64,000 nt of DNA from Octopus vulgaris (taxonomy: Eukaryota): contig OX597823.1 in NCBI GenBank assembly GCA_951406725.2, forward strand, positions 87,668,001 through 87,732,000. The letters are read 5' to 3'. Positions within the stretch are counted from its first letter, which is position 1. Every line of letters begins with the position of its first letter. A program made the translations under genes and the position numbers. Positions 14,410 to 28,509 of the stretch are shown piece by piece. The notes under the pieces are model-generated. The model did not search any database. It saw nothing but the letters and a program-made list of their open reading frames with translations, and was not told the DNA's origin.

Positions 14410-14976
14410 TGTTTTTTTTCTTCTACTCTAGGCACAAGGCCCAACACCTTTGGGGAGGAGACCAGTCGATTAGATCTACCCCACTACGCAACTGGTACTT
14501 AATTTATTGACCCTGAAAGGCAAAGTCGACCTCGGTCGAAATTGAACTCAGAACTTAAAGACAGATGAAATACCTATTTCTTTACTACCCACAAGGGTTT
14601 AAACACAGAGGGGACAAACAAGGACATACAAACGGATTAAGTCGATTATATCGAACCCAGTGTGTAACTGGTACTTATTTAATCGACCCCGAAACGATGA
14701 AAGGCTAAGTCGTCCTCGGCGGAATTTGAACTCAGAACGTAGCGACGTACGAAATACTTATTTCTTTACTACCCACAAGGGGCTAAACAGAGAGAGGACA
14801 AGCAAGGACAGACACACGGATTAAGTCGATTATATTGACCCCAGTGCGTAAATGGTACTTATTTAATCGACTCCGAGGGATAAAAAGCGGAATTTGAACT
14901 CAGAACGTAGCGGCAGACGAAATACCACTAGGCATTTCACCCGGCGTTCTAACGATTCTGCCAACTCGCCACCATA
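14410..14976 (-). mobile_element. trimeric family C SINE
   Basis: one head plus three ~180-bp body modules; 12-bp TSD TTTTCCATAGTA at 14398-14409 and 14977-14988. Confidence 0.85.
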
Positions 14977-15666
14977 TTTTCCATAGTAAGTTTTATGTTG
15001 TTGAGAAGATAGCAATTGCTCTACCTTTTTATGTATAGTACATTTTGTATTATTTTGGAGATTTATGCAAATTCTTTTTATTCAACTGAATATTTTTGTT
15101 CAACGTTTTTTGTACATTATCGTTGAGCCACTCTTAAGCATTCTTATTGATACCCAGGTAAAGTAGAATAATCCTGGATTACATGAAAAAATATCTTGTT
15201 CATTTACTTGAAGTGTTCATATTTTTTTCCGAATAGCATGATAATGCACTTGGAACTATTGATATAATCTAAGTTCCTCGTTTGCTTCACGAGTGTCATT
15301 TTTTGTAATTTTCTTTGACTTTACTTTACATGCTGAAATTTCGTTTCTACTAACGCTGCCACAGAATAAATGCAGCCATTTTGTCTGTTCCATTGGCAAC
15401 ATTTGCTGTTTTGAATTTATATCAAGGCTCGGTTACATTGAATTGTTATTTCGCCGAGATTCTTGTTAATGTGAAGCTTGAGAAGTTATTTTTGTTGATC
15501 CTAAACACTATCATTCAATTTAACACTCATTTAATTTGCTCCTCCTCTTCCTCTCCTTCTTCTTCATTTTCTTTTTCTTTTTCTTCTTCTTCTTTCTCTT
15601 CTTCTTCTCCTTCTTCTCATTCTTCTTCTCCTATTCCTTTTCTTCTTCTTCTTCTTCTTCTTCTTC

Positions 15667-15728
<62 letters not shown>

Positions 15729-15740
15729 GTTATTATTATT

Positions 15741-16862
15741 GTCTTTGCACAGATTTTATCGCTGGAGATGTACTACATTTTTAGCTGTTCACTACCAGTG
15801 AAATAAGGTAACACCTCTTATTTTTCAAGAACCATCCGGAGTATTCGAGCGTTTCCGAGCAGTGCTGTCTTCTTCAAGCGCTCCACCCTTATTGCAGCAG
15901 CCCCTATTTGTTCCATGTACGTCTCAAGATTTTGACTTACTCTTCCCAGGGCTCCGACAATTATTGGTACTACAACCACTTTTTTCATCGACCACAACTA
16001 TTTAACCTCCCGTGCAAACTTGTTATATTTATCGATTTTTCTTTCTTCCTTATCACATAGCATGTTGTTAGCTGGGCATACTATTTCTATGATCCAGCAT
16101 CGTTTGCTTTCTTTATCAATTAACACCTTGTCTGGTTTCCTATTTTGTATCTCATGGTCGCACTGAATTATAAAATCATATAGGATCTCTGCATAATCAT
16201 TTTCGATGATGTCTTCGGGTTTATGTTCGTACCACTTTTTTGCTCTGCCAAGTCCATACTTTTTCCAAAGTGCTCCATAGACAATCCTTGGTATATTGCC
16301 ATGACGTCTCTTATATTCTATCTGTGCTAGCCGCGTACATTGACTGGTAATATACCTATTTCTTTATTACCCACAAGGGGCTAAACATAGAGGGAACAAA
16401 CAAGGACAAACATAGGTATTAAGTCGATTACATCGACCCCAGTGCGAAACTGGTACTTTATTTATCGACCCCGAAAGGATGAAAGGCAAGGTCGACCTCG
16501 GCGGAATTTGAACTCAGAACGTAACGACAGACGAAATACCGCTAAACATTTCGCCCGGCGTGCTAACGTTTCTGCTAGCTCGCTACCTTTAATATACCTA
16601 ATGTCTATATAATGTATATTACCTATATACTTGTAATATACCTAACAGTTTCACCATCTTTCCCACAAATTCTGCACTTATCACTTTCTGATGTGTTGTC
16701 TATTCTGTATTTGGTGTATTTCATTCTTTGTGATTGTTCTTGGGCAGCACAGATTAGTGCCTCTGTTTCCGTTTTTAAATCAATTTTAGTCATCCTTAGC
16801 CATCTCTTTTCTCTGTCTGTCTTGTCTTTAACATCCCTATGAAATTGCCCATGCATTCGTTT
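15741..16862 (-). mobile_element. Dong/R4-clade non-LTR retrotransposon, 3' fragment (CCHC finger and restriction-like endonuclease), decayed
   Basis: MHGQFHR...ETEALICAAQEQ...CRICGKDGETVRYITS, then RKPD, IIEIVCP and VVVPIIVGALG motifs; 3' end abuts (TAA)n; interrupted by a SINE. Confidence 0.9.
16359..16589 (-). mobile_element. family C SINE nested in the Dong/R4 fragment
   Basis: near-consensus copy; TSD TAATATACCTA at 16348-16358 and 16590-16600. Confidence 0.9.
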
Positions 16863-17521
16863 CTTTACAAAAGACAATCTCAAATTAATTTAGAAAGTCT
16901 CCTATCTATAATTTTGTGTGAAACTTTTATCTTTCTTTTTTCGCTGACTACCCGAATATGTAAGCATGACTTTTATTCTAACAGCACAATTAAATGCACG
17001 ATAAAAACACAAAAATATAAGGAGGTAAGCACCTGCCAATATATACCAACTGCACGGTTACAAAACCACGGTTATAAAAAGAAAAGTAAAATTTCGAAGG
17101 AAAAAAATATTCAGAAATTCAAAAATTCAGCGAGGTGAACATCAGTATATATATATATAATTATTTTTTCAGTTAGTAAGTAGAAATAAAACAAAGCGAC
17201 GTTTCAAGGCCAAGGTCAGCCCTCTCATTGAATGCTAGTAGTAGTAAACACATTTGACCTCTGCTGACCCCAAGGGTGCGAGGTCGGGTTTGTCTCCTTA
17301 TCGCACAGGAATACCCATTGCTATTCTCTTCAACATCTGCCGAATCTATTTACAGACCTTTGGAATTTAACCTATTCACCAAGCTCTCTATTTTGCTCCT
17401 ACTGTTCCCTTAAACACTCACATATTTAAGATCATCTCTAGTACAGGACAAAAGTTGAGACTGAACAACATTCAATAATACCTTTTAATAAATGGAAATA
17501 ATAATAATGAAGGTAATAATG

Positions 17522-18281
<760 letters not shown>

Positions 18282-18429
18282 TAATAATAATAATAATAAT
18301 ATAGCCAAAACTCATTTCGGATCAGAGGAAAGATTAACAATGGCAAATAGAAGGAAAAAATGAAAATAATATCAGTGGTGATGATAATAATAATAATGAA
18401 ATGAAACGGTTGGAATCTCCTTATGATTT

Positions 18430-20377
18430 GACTGATAATACATCTAGTGATGGTGTCACAATAAAAAAATGGTAATAGTGCAACCTGATAATCGCTACCT
18501 CATATGAGTGACAATGAAAAAGCAAAATATTCTGAATAACGGTGGTAATGAACTAAAGCCCTTGATGGTGACAGTGTTACACTCTGGTCCAACTCCAGCC
18601 TGTCGTTATCCAGCAAGGAACCAGAACACTTGAGCAACCCCGTAGACGAAAATGGTTTTCATATTAAAGGTACTGACAACGTATGTATGATCAATGGAGA
18701 GAAAGAGGATTGTTTCAACTCAACGAACAGAGATTATGCGATCAAGATAGAGCAATAAGGAAAAATTGTTGATTCACAGAGGTAGAGCTCGAAGCTATCA
18801 AAAGACGGGCATTGGAATGCAGCAGCAGAGGAAACGATCAGAATACAGTTCTTTCTGATAACTGATAAAAGTAATCCCATAGCAGAAAACAGAGGTGAAA
18901 TCTCTAATAAACTACAAGAAAGGAACTGTGACAGCTTGCTCGATGTCACATATGGATGGTTTGGAAGAAGACAATAAAACTAATGGTGACATAACAGATG
19001 GGCAACATGCAATCTACGACATAATAAAGGCGAGGTTATATGAGAACGATAGCGACATTATTTGCAATCTTAGAAAATGGTTGGTCGGTGGAAATTGAAC
19101 CACGAAAAGAAAAATATGAATGAAATTCTGAAATACATCAGAACAAACACATCATAGAAACATAATTTGATCTTGGCAGCAAGTATTGTTGTAGCAGAAA
19201 ATGTGGGTGTTGATGTAAAGAAAACGAAATATAATGGGAATCACAAAAGAAAAGATCCATGGTGGAAAAGTAGAATACAGGCGCGGTTAGATATGTTCCC
19301 GAAGCACATTTCTGTGTTGGATGGAAAAAAGAAGAGGGAGCTTAAAAGCGAAGAAAAATACAAGGCACTGAACAGGAAAGAAACGGCCTGAAAAGGGTAC
19401 TGGAGGAACTGAAACAGCGCCTCGTCGCAAAGAAGCCAAAAATAATAAGATACGACCTAATAATGAAGAGCTATCAGCAGAATAGATTATTCGGAGTAGA
19501 TCAGAGGAGATTCTACAAAGAAATAAACGGAGTATACAGATTAAAAGTTGGGCAACTGGAAGGCTCCGGGACCAGATGAAGTTCAAGGCTACTAGATCAA
19601 AAGATTTGGTGAATATCATGCACGAATAGCTGCACAACTCAACACCTTGTTTAATGCCGACCAAGTAACACCAGAGTGGATGACATTGGGTACGGCAGTG
19701 CTGTGCTTGAAGAACATCGCAAAGGGCAAAACCGTAGACAATTACAGGCCGACGTCTTGCTTGCCACTTATGTGGAAAGTATTGACTGCATTAGTCGCAG
19801 AGTCAATGTACGGACATCTGGAAAAAATGGATTCCTGCCACATGAGCAGAGTATAGGAAGCGTAAGTGCAGAGGTACCAAGAATCAACTCCTGTTAGACA
19901 AAGCTGTAGCGTCCAAGATCCCATATTCTTGGATTATGGAATGTATGAACCTATTTGGTATTGCATCGAATGTTGAGCGATTTCTTGGAAAAAGTATGGC
20001 GAATTGGGGGGGGGGGGCGGAACTGACAGCATATGGAAGAGGTTTAGGGACAATAGAAATCAGGAGAGGCATCTTCCAAGGTGACTGCCTCTCCCCACTG
20101 ATTTTTGTACTGTGCACAATACCACTAAAACTGATTCCGAGGAAAGCCGCCAACAAAAAGTCAACCACTTGTTATTAAACCTCAATCTTTATGGTAAAGA
20201 TGAATCCCAACTCAATTCTCTCATTGATAGGGTGTATACTTTCAGTGCTGATATCACAATGGGGTTCGGACCGAAAACGTGTGACCCGATAGTCTTAAAG
20301 AGAGGCAAAATCAAATGTATGGGTGGGCTAGTGATACCGATGGAGGAGGTTATGAAGCAGATAGAAGAGACAAGCTA
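18430..20377 (+). mobile_element. decayed Dong/R4-clade LINE, N-terminal region to RT
   Basis: KAPGPD-like motif, NYRPTSCLPLMWK, IRRGIFQGDCLSPLIF; multiple frameshifts; 5' boundary approximate. Confidence 0.85.
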
Positions 20378-20441
<64 letters not shown>

Positions 20442-21395
20442 GAATGAGAGAGCAGTGCATGCCATCAAAGCTCACTATACCCATCGTGACTACCCGTCTG
20501 ATAAGTGTGCACTAGGCATATGCACCACAACCCTATGTGCGTGACACGATACACAGTGCTGGGCGTTGTAGGTAGGACCCATTATTTTTTTTTTCTGATC
20601 GAGTTGCACATCTCGCTCAAATTGTCCTTGAATAAGGTTTGTTTAATTATATTTAATGAAACACCTATATATTCATAGGTGAATTATTCAAGCTTCAAAG
20701 AATTACTCTCAAAGCATAGCTATGATGCTCCTGCCCCTACCTCTGCTCAGAGATGCACACATTGTCAACCACCCTCCTTAAAGACATACAGCATCTCGAA
20801 AGAGTCCAGAAGCTGCCTACTCGCATGGTTCTTGGTCTCAAGCATTTGTCTTATGAAGAAAAGCTGAAGACGCTCGATCTTTATTCTCTAGAAAAACGAC
20901 GACGCCGTGCTGATTTCATTCTTGCTCACATCATAAACGGAAAGTGTAACCTCTCGAAAGAGCTGTTCTTCACTCCTACTCCAGAGCGTCGGCTGCGGGG
21001 TCACTCCGAAAAGCTCTATCTACGACGATTTCATCTCAATCGAAGGAGAGGGGCTTTCCCCGTCCGGGTTGCGGATCCGTGGAATAAGCTGCCGGACGAG
21101 ATAGTGAAGATGCCGACAACCACTCGGTTCAAAGTCTCCCTTGACCTCAAGTTGCCTGAACTCTTTACATGAACACCGCCCTGTACATAACTCCATGTCC
21201 CCCTACATGGCCTTGCTTTTTGCTTTTTGAGCCAAAAAATTAAATAACTAACTAACATACTACTGACAAGCAAATCTGTGGTATTGAGCAGCATATTTGC
21301 TGTAGCCCATCTTTTTACCAAGACAAAACAGTGTGCATGATAACACTTCCAGTCAGTTAAGATCAGAAGCCATGAGAGCCTGTGCCTGATGTTCT
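20442..21395 (-). mobile_element. non-coding (TAA)n-embedded repeat element, interrupted by a CR1 fragment
   Basis: flanked by (TAT)n on both sides; homologous segments at 41716-41885 and 63510-63990. Confidence 0.7.
20773..21257 (+). mobile_element. CR1-group LINE 3' end
   Basis: LERVQKLPTRMV.GL..LSYEEKL..LDLYSLEKRR.RAD...WNKLP; short (TAAC)n tail. Confidence 0.88.
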
Positions 21396-21426
21396 ATTAT
21401 TATTATCATCAGCATCATCAGCATCA

Positions 21427-21493
<67 letters not shown>

Positions 21494-22898
21494 ACAGTAA
21501 GCCTCAAATCGTTGCAAAAACACTACAGTACACACAACAGAATATACAAAACAAGGCAATGGCGGCCAATGAAATAAATAAAAAAAATTCAAAATGAAAA
21601 CAATAGGCGCTCCCATAGAAACATTGAAACAAACACACAGTCACAAAACACTTTCCCCGTCGCCACAGCTAAAGCAAATTGAATAAAACGCGCAGAACAA
21701 CAGATCAAGCAGAGATAACATTGTTGAGGAAGAAACAAAAATATGAAGAAACGGAAGATAACGTAGCAAAATCGATAAACATGTTTTAACATAAACACCT
21801 GCCTAAACTTCAAACAAAATAGCGGCTTGACGGAAATAAATCGCTTATTTACTAGGGCGCTGCGATGTTTACTGTGCAGGGTTAACATGTTGCATAATAT
21901 CAACAGACAGGATCACTATGTCTGTTTGATAGTAGTGGTGATTACAGCAGGATTCCGCAGCGAGAACCCAACCAAACAATGATTTAAAAATATAATACTG
22001 AACATTGAGAAAACGAAGGAACGTTTTATTTATATAATGAAAAAGTAAACGAGATATACGATATAACAATAAGTAAATAAAAGCCAAACGAGATCCAATT
22101 AAAGATAACAAATGATACATTTGTAGTAAAAGATTAGAATAAGGAAGCCATAGAAGCAAAACTACATGAGGTAAGACGCACCAGAAAGTTCGATATTTCT
22201 AAGGAGTGTATCAAGATGTAAAGGCAGGCATTTCTGCTGTATTGTGACAGAGTGTAATGCAATATTAGTTTGTGAAGGAAACGGACAGATGTCTAATCCC
22301 AGTAAGCGGTAAAATTCCAAAATCTTCAACAGAGCTCTTTATGTGGAATAATTTGCGAAAGGAGAATTATTTCTTTCAATTACATTTGATGAGGGAAGGG
22401 CGTTAAGAAATCATAAAATGGTTCTTGGGGCTCTGAGAATTCATAAAATGTTAAGAGTGGTCATAGAATATTTTTACAATAAATTAATGGATGATTTCAA
22501 AATTTGTAAACCACAAAATTTACATGGTAATCAAGTAATAAAGGAATGAAATAAAACAATAACTTTATGTTTGAATTAAATATAAAATTCCACTTGCATC
22601 AGTCATTGGGTCTCGTTCCACGATAACACTAATGCATTCGTCCAAATATTGTTCAGCGCTGGAGAATCATAATCTTCCACGGGGTTTTCTTACGTTGTGC
22701 TGGATACATCAGCGTCACGTCTTCTGAACTACTGAAATAGCCCTTCGCGAAGTTTGCCAGTTCCTTTCTATTTTCTCTTTAAAATGAGGTATCACTTTAC
22801 TAGGTAAGGTTTTAGTGTTGTTGTGATGTGTGTATATTAAACACATGTTTCATTTTATTCATTTCTGAGGCAAGTTCTCCCCCGTAGGGCATTGATGT

Positions 22899-23200
22899 GA
22901 AGGTGCATGGCTTGGTGGTTAGGATGTTCGGTTCACTGTTGTAAGGTCGTAAATTCGATTCCACACGGCTAAGCACTTTATTTCACGTTGCTTCACTCAG
23001 CTGGGAAAATGAGTTGTACCTTTGACTCAAAGAACCAGCCTTGTCACATTCTGTGTCATGCTGAATCTCTCCGAGATCTACGTTAAGGGCATACGACGCC
23101 GTGGAGTGCTCAAACATTTGCACGTTAATTTCACGACGTGGCTGTTCTGTTAATCGAATCAACTGAAATCCGTGCTGTTGTAACTGACAGAGTGCCACGT
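22899..23200 (+). mobile_element. decayed tRNA/CORE-like SINE
   Basis: ATGGCTTGGTGGTTAGG head, AAGCACTTTATTTCACGTTGC core, tail shared with 41970-42488. Confidence 0.75.
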
Positions 23201-24607
23201 TTTAGGCCATTGATTCATCTTCGTAAGATGCGCTGTCAGTAGAGAAAGTTCTGACAAATGATGTACTCTGCGCCGTATATTTCATTTTGCCTTTCTTTTA
23301 TCTTACCATTGTGTATTGATGTCGTTGATTGACGTTTTATCTTGACCAATTGTGGCTGTGTGTATTGATTTTGTTTCTCATGTCTCACTTCTGGTGATGA
23401 AAATGTAGAAGAAACTACAATTACCAACGCACGGATTGTGCCTGGTGTTAAATCTTATACGGATAATACACGCTATCCGTTGTTATAAGCTTTGGTCTTT
23501 TGTACTTTCTCTGCAGAAATATTTTACATGGGTTTTGCCGTTATATATGTAACAACTGGAACAGCTACCTTCGATGCAGAAGTTTAATATCTACTTCTCC
23601 TGTACAGAATATAGTTCTAATATTATATTTCTTTTGTTTTACGAGACCATAATAACTCCACGAAAAGACGTTTCGCTAAATGAAACAACACTGGCAACGT
23701 AGCCGCTACGGAGGTGACTGAAAGGGAACCAGGCTTCATATTTCCAATGTCCCTGACGCTTTTCTTTTCCTACTCAACATTGCAAAAAGAGCAACTCTAC
23801 TATCTGGGCGTGAATTTCAACCCATCCCCTCCCTGTTTAAAAGGTGACAATTTTGTACCATATACGTTTCGTCTCACTACGTTTCATATACGTTTCCTCG
23901 TAAACATCTGTAAGGAATGTTTGTAATTCTTACTTGATTGCGATGAGAAAATGTGCAGCGTGCTTAGAGAGACGTAGGTATACTGTGTTTCGCTTCTCTA
24001 GATCTCTGTGATCAATTCTGGAATATTAGACACACCAGGTTATTGATCTTACAAGGAAATCTTTCATATCGAGAGTTTTCCTTTTGGGTTAAACTCTAGC
24101 AACAGACAATTTGTTCGTGTTGACACTCGAAACGAGACGTGAATTCATACTGTTATAGCTTTTCAGTTTGTTGCTGTGGGTGGTGTTGTTCAAAATAAAA
24201 TATCTTCCCAGTTATGTTGAAATATTTGCCGAAGTTCCTGTGAGCTATTTCAATTTCGCTTTTATGAATAAATTAGCATTAGCTTTAAATTTTCTGCTTT
24301 CTGTCACTGGAATGCTGTATTTTGTACATTTACATTTTTATAATGCTTGGAGGACTGCGCGGCATGAATATTCATGATCTGTTTTAGTTACTCTATGCAC
24401 TACATTTTCTATTCAACATGACTGTAAATATGTGAACAACGTACGTGGCAAAATTCAAACTACATTGCATGGCATATATAGATTGCTTTTATTGAAGGAG
24501 TTAAAGGAATAATTGTTAATGTTATACATATAACACAGTTGATCCAGCCAGCCAGACAAATTTGCATTCCTCGTGGGGTGAATGACGTGTGTTGAAGTAG
24601 TTGTAAA

Positions 24608-25030
24608 TAGGCGCAGGAGTGGCTGTGTGGTAAGTAGTTTGCTTACGAGCCACATGGTTCTGGGTTCTGTCCCACTGCGTGGCACCTTGGGCAAGTGTCT
24701 TCTACTATAGCCTCGAGCCGACCAAAGCCTTATGAGTGGATTTGGTAGACGGAAACTGAAAGAAGCACGTTGTATAAGTGTATATGTATATATATATGTG
24801 TGTGTGTGAGTGTGTTTGTGTGTCTGTGTTTTCCTCCCCAACATGGCTTGACAATCGATGCTGGTGTGTTTACGTCCTCGTAACTTAGTGGTTCGGCAAA
24901 AGACGCCGATAGAATAAGTACTAGGCTTTCAGAGAATAATTCCTGGAGTCGATTTGCTCGACTAAAGGTGGTGCTCCAGCAAGGCCGTATGCAAATGACT
25001 GAAACAAGTAAAAGAGTAAAAGAGTAAAAG
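24608..25030 (+). mobile_element. family B CORE-like SINE, full length
   Basis: AGGCGCAGGAGTGGCTGTGTGGTAAG head, CCTTGGGCAAGTG core, internal (TA)/(TG)n, (GAGTAAAA)n tail. Confidence 0.9.
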
Positions 25031-26049
25031 TGTCATCGGAGAGCTTCAGAACGAGATGATTTACAAATGCCTTCTATAAGTTAGGGAAACAATTTTCATC
25101 GAAACAACGAATCAATAACTTTGCTAGAACTGGAGATATTCCGTGGAGTATGGGTTTCAAAACAAGCACTACAAGCCTTTAATGCATAAAGGCCGTTTAT
25201 ACATCCAGACATCTCACTGACTCTTACTAGCAAGTCTGATATCAAAAATTAGTACTAATATGTTTATCAACGGGCGTGAAATTTGAGATAAAGCTCTTAT
25301 CAAATAGATTCTCATTTCGAACTCTAAGATTATTTTATGGTCGTAGATATCATGACAGAATTATATGAATTAAATTAAAGTTCTCTATCTTTTCTTCAAG
25401 TTCATTTAAACCGAACGCTTCTCTCACTATCATTTTCCCACTTGGCTTCTGTGATCGACATCTATCTGCACTATAAAACATACTTCTCTATGTAACATAC
25501 ACATATATGCTTAATATGAATATTCTTAAAATATGTGAGATGACGCCCAATATTAAAAAATACTCAGATTTAAAGGGGAGATATTTTCTTTTTTTAGTAT
25601 AACAAAAAACAACCGCATTGCAAAGTATACAGGCAGGACTGCATTTAAGTTACACTGCTTCATTGGATCTCATTCAATAATATATAATATTTTTACAAAT
25701 AAGTGACAATATTAACTAAATCATTTATAAATCAACCAAAGCAAGTATTTTCTCTTCATATGAGATGAGAATTTAATAGCAGTGTATATCTAGCAACCAG
25801 TTTGAAAGACTTTCCCCTTCTGACTACGTTTGTATAACTGAATGTATTATTTATTATTTTTCCACTTTTATTTTACATGTACTGTAAGTTTGAGTTTATT
25901 TTTCCTGCAACCCATATCTCATCCGGAATAGAACGTTAATTTAATTTAATTACAAGACGAAATGAATGAATCAGACACAAGATTTTTTAGAAGAAAATGT
26001 AATACAGCAGACAACACTATTCTTATACGCTTGTGCGTCTTGCATGCGC

Positions 26050-26219
26050 GCACACACACACGCACACACCTGTGTATGTGTGTTGTGTATGTATGCAGGT
26101 ATATATGTATATATATATATATATGCATATATATATATATATATATATATATCTGTATCCATATATATATATATCTATATATGTGTGTGTATGTGTATAT
26201 GTGTGTATATATATCTACT

Positions 26220-26286
<67 letters not shown>

Positions 26287-26466
26287 TTGAGACATGCTTA
26301 GGTAGATATGTACATGCATACACATATGTATGTATATGTGTGTGTATATATGTGTGTGAGTGTGAGTGTAGGTTTGTATATGTATCTATGTATGTGTATG
26401 TGTGTGTTTATGTGTGTGTCTGAGTGTAGGTTTTTATATGTGCCTATGTATGTGTATGTGTGTGTA
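26050..26466. repeat. (TA)/(TG) compound microsatellite
   Basis: directly visible. Confidence 0.9.
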
Positions 26467-27272
26467 TTGCAATCTTTGACATTTCTTTCTTTTCTTTTAA
26501 ATCAGTCTCTGGCTTGAACAGTTACAGAAATAACAAAGTTGCAGACAGCAATACAACAAACATTAAATCAATCAATAAAAAAAAGAAGAAAATAAACAAT
26601 AGTGAAAATCCTCGAAATATGAGGGAGGGGAATGTTGTAGATGCAGTATGGATATGGACGTTGCAATGCTGATTGTGGTGAACAACCACAACAACAATAC
26701 TCAACAATATAAATCCAAGTAACAAGCAGGAAATCTCTCCGAATCACAAACGTAAAAAAAAAAAAAAACATTCTAAATATGTAAAACAATAACGTTATCT
26801 CATAAAATAGATTACATTTGCCAAATAATTCTTTCTCTTTTTTGCTAATACACGATACCTTATCAACAAAACAAGGATGCTGTTACTGTATATGCTTTAT
26901 TATTTTTTTTGTATAATCCGGGTCAACGGGGATTTCTTTTTATTTTTGCGTTCTATTCTTGTTTTCTTTTCTTTAATTAGACACAGTTAATGATGCTTTT
27001 GTGTTGAAGTGTTGATATGCGGTATCAAAAGATATGCAATATCAAAGAATCGATGGATAAAGTAAAAATACAAACAGCCTCTGCCCATGTGTGTATGGAA
27101 GAGTGTGTTTGTTTCTGGTACGTGTGTAAGTGTTCAACGTTTTTTATGTGTACTAGTATGCATATCATCCGAATGTGAGCAGAATGAATATATAGATGCA
27201 TCGTAAACCAGATCACAAATGTTCCCAAACCCAATAGGAGAAGGAAAGAGATAGAGATACGCAAAGAGAATG

Positions 27273-27350
<78 letters not shown>

Positions 27351-27410
27351 GTATGTATATATGTATATATATATACATATATATATATATGTATGCATAT
27401 GTATATATAC

Positions 27411-27826
27411 TCTCTTTTACTCTTTTACTTGTTTCAGTCATTTGACTGCGGCCATGCTGGAGCACCGCCTTTAGTCGAGCAAATCGATCCCAGGACTTAT
27501 TCTTTGTAAGTCCAGTACTTATTCTATCGGTCTCTTTTGCTGAACCGCTAAGTGACGGAGACGTAAACACACCAGCATCGGTTGTCAAGCAATGCTAGGG
27601 GGACAAACACAGACACACAAACACATACACACACACACATATATATACATACATACATATACGACAGGCTTCTTTCAGTTTCCGTCTACCAAATCCACTC
27701 ACAAGGCAATGGTCGGCCCGGGGCTATAGTAGAAGACACTTGCCCAAGATGCCACGCAGTGGGACAGAACCCAGAACCATATGGTTCGTAAGCAAACTAC
27801 CTACCACACAGCCACTCCTGCGCCTA
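27411..27826 (-). mobile_element. family B SINE, full length
   Basis: reverse complement of 24608-25030. Confidence 0.9.
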
Positions 27827-27869
27827 TATATGTATATATATATATGTGTGTATATATATATGTGTGTAG

Positions 27870-27922
<53 letters not shown>

Positions 27923-27925
<3 letters not shown>

Positions 27926-28436
27926 TCGGGGTGAGTACTTGATAATTATAAGCACCTGTGTATACCGTTTGGTGGTGTAGGTGGTGGAGTAAATTGATCA
28001 AAATAAAAACATGATGCGAAGGATTCAGCGGTACATATGTTTCGGGCCTTTATTAGACAGATTTATAACAATGCATAATGTATGTCTGTGGCCTTCTTCA
28101 GCCGCGCATAACAGCTTCCACAAGGACATGTGTTACATCAAAAATTCTTGGTTGGGGATGCAAATCCTCCCATTCACGTACGACATAATGCGGCAGCAGC
28201 ATAGAATTGAAGCGTCCATCTCTTTCTTCTCTCAATGTAGGATGAGGAAAAATGGATGTTGAAGTAATGTAAATAAATAAATACATGTATATACGTGAAG
28301 ATGGAGGGGCGAGAATTCAGGACGAGGGATAAAAAATGTATAAAAAGTGTAAGTATAGAAACATAAAAATGTAGAGCATAAAGATATAAAGAGATATAAG
28401 GAGATGTAACGAGATATAAGAAGAATTTTTGATGTA

Positions 28437-28441
<5 letters not shown>
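27923..28441 (-). mobile_element. probable Penelope-like pseudo-LTR remnant carrying the hammerhead
   Basis: contains the hammerhead, is flanked by microsatellites on both sides, and has a 21-nt inverted duplication at its boundary. Confidence 0.55.
28028..28105 (-). ncRNA. type I hammerhead ribozyme motif
   Basis: minus strand GCGG-CUGAAGA-AGGCC...GGCCC-GAAA-CAUAUG-UA-CCGC: stem I GCGG/CCGC, intact core, palindromic stem III, GUA cleavage triplet. Confidence 0.8.
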
Positions 28442-28488
<47 letters not shown>

Positions 28489-28509
28489 GTGTGTGTGTGT
28501 GTGTGTGCT

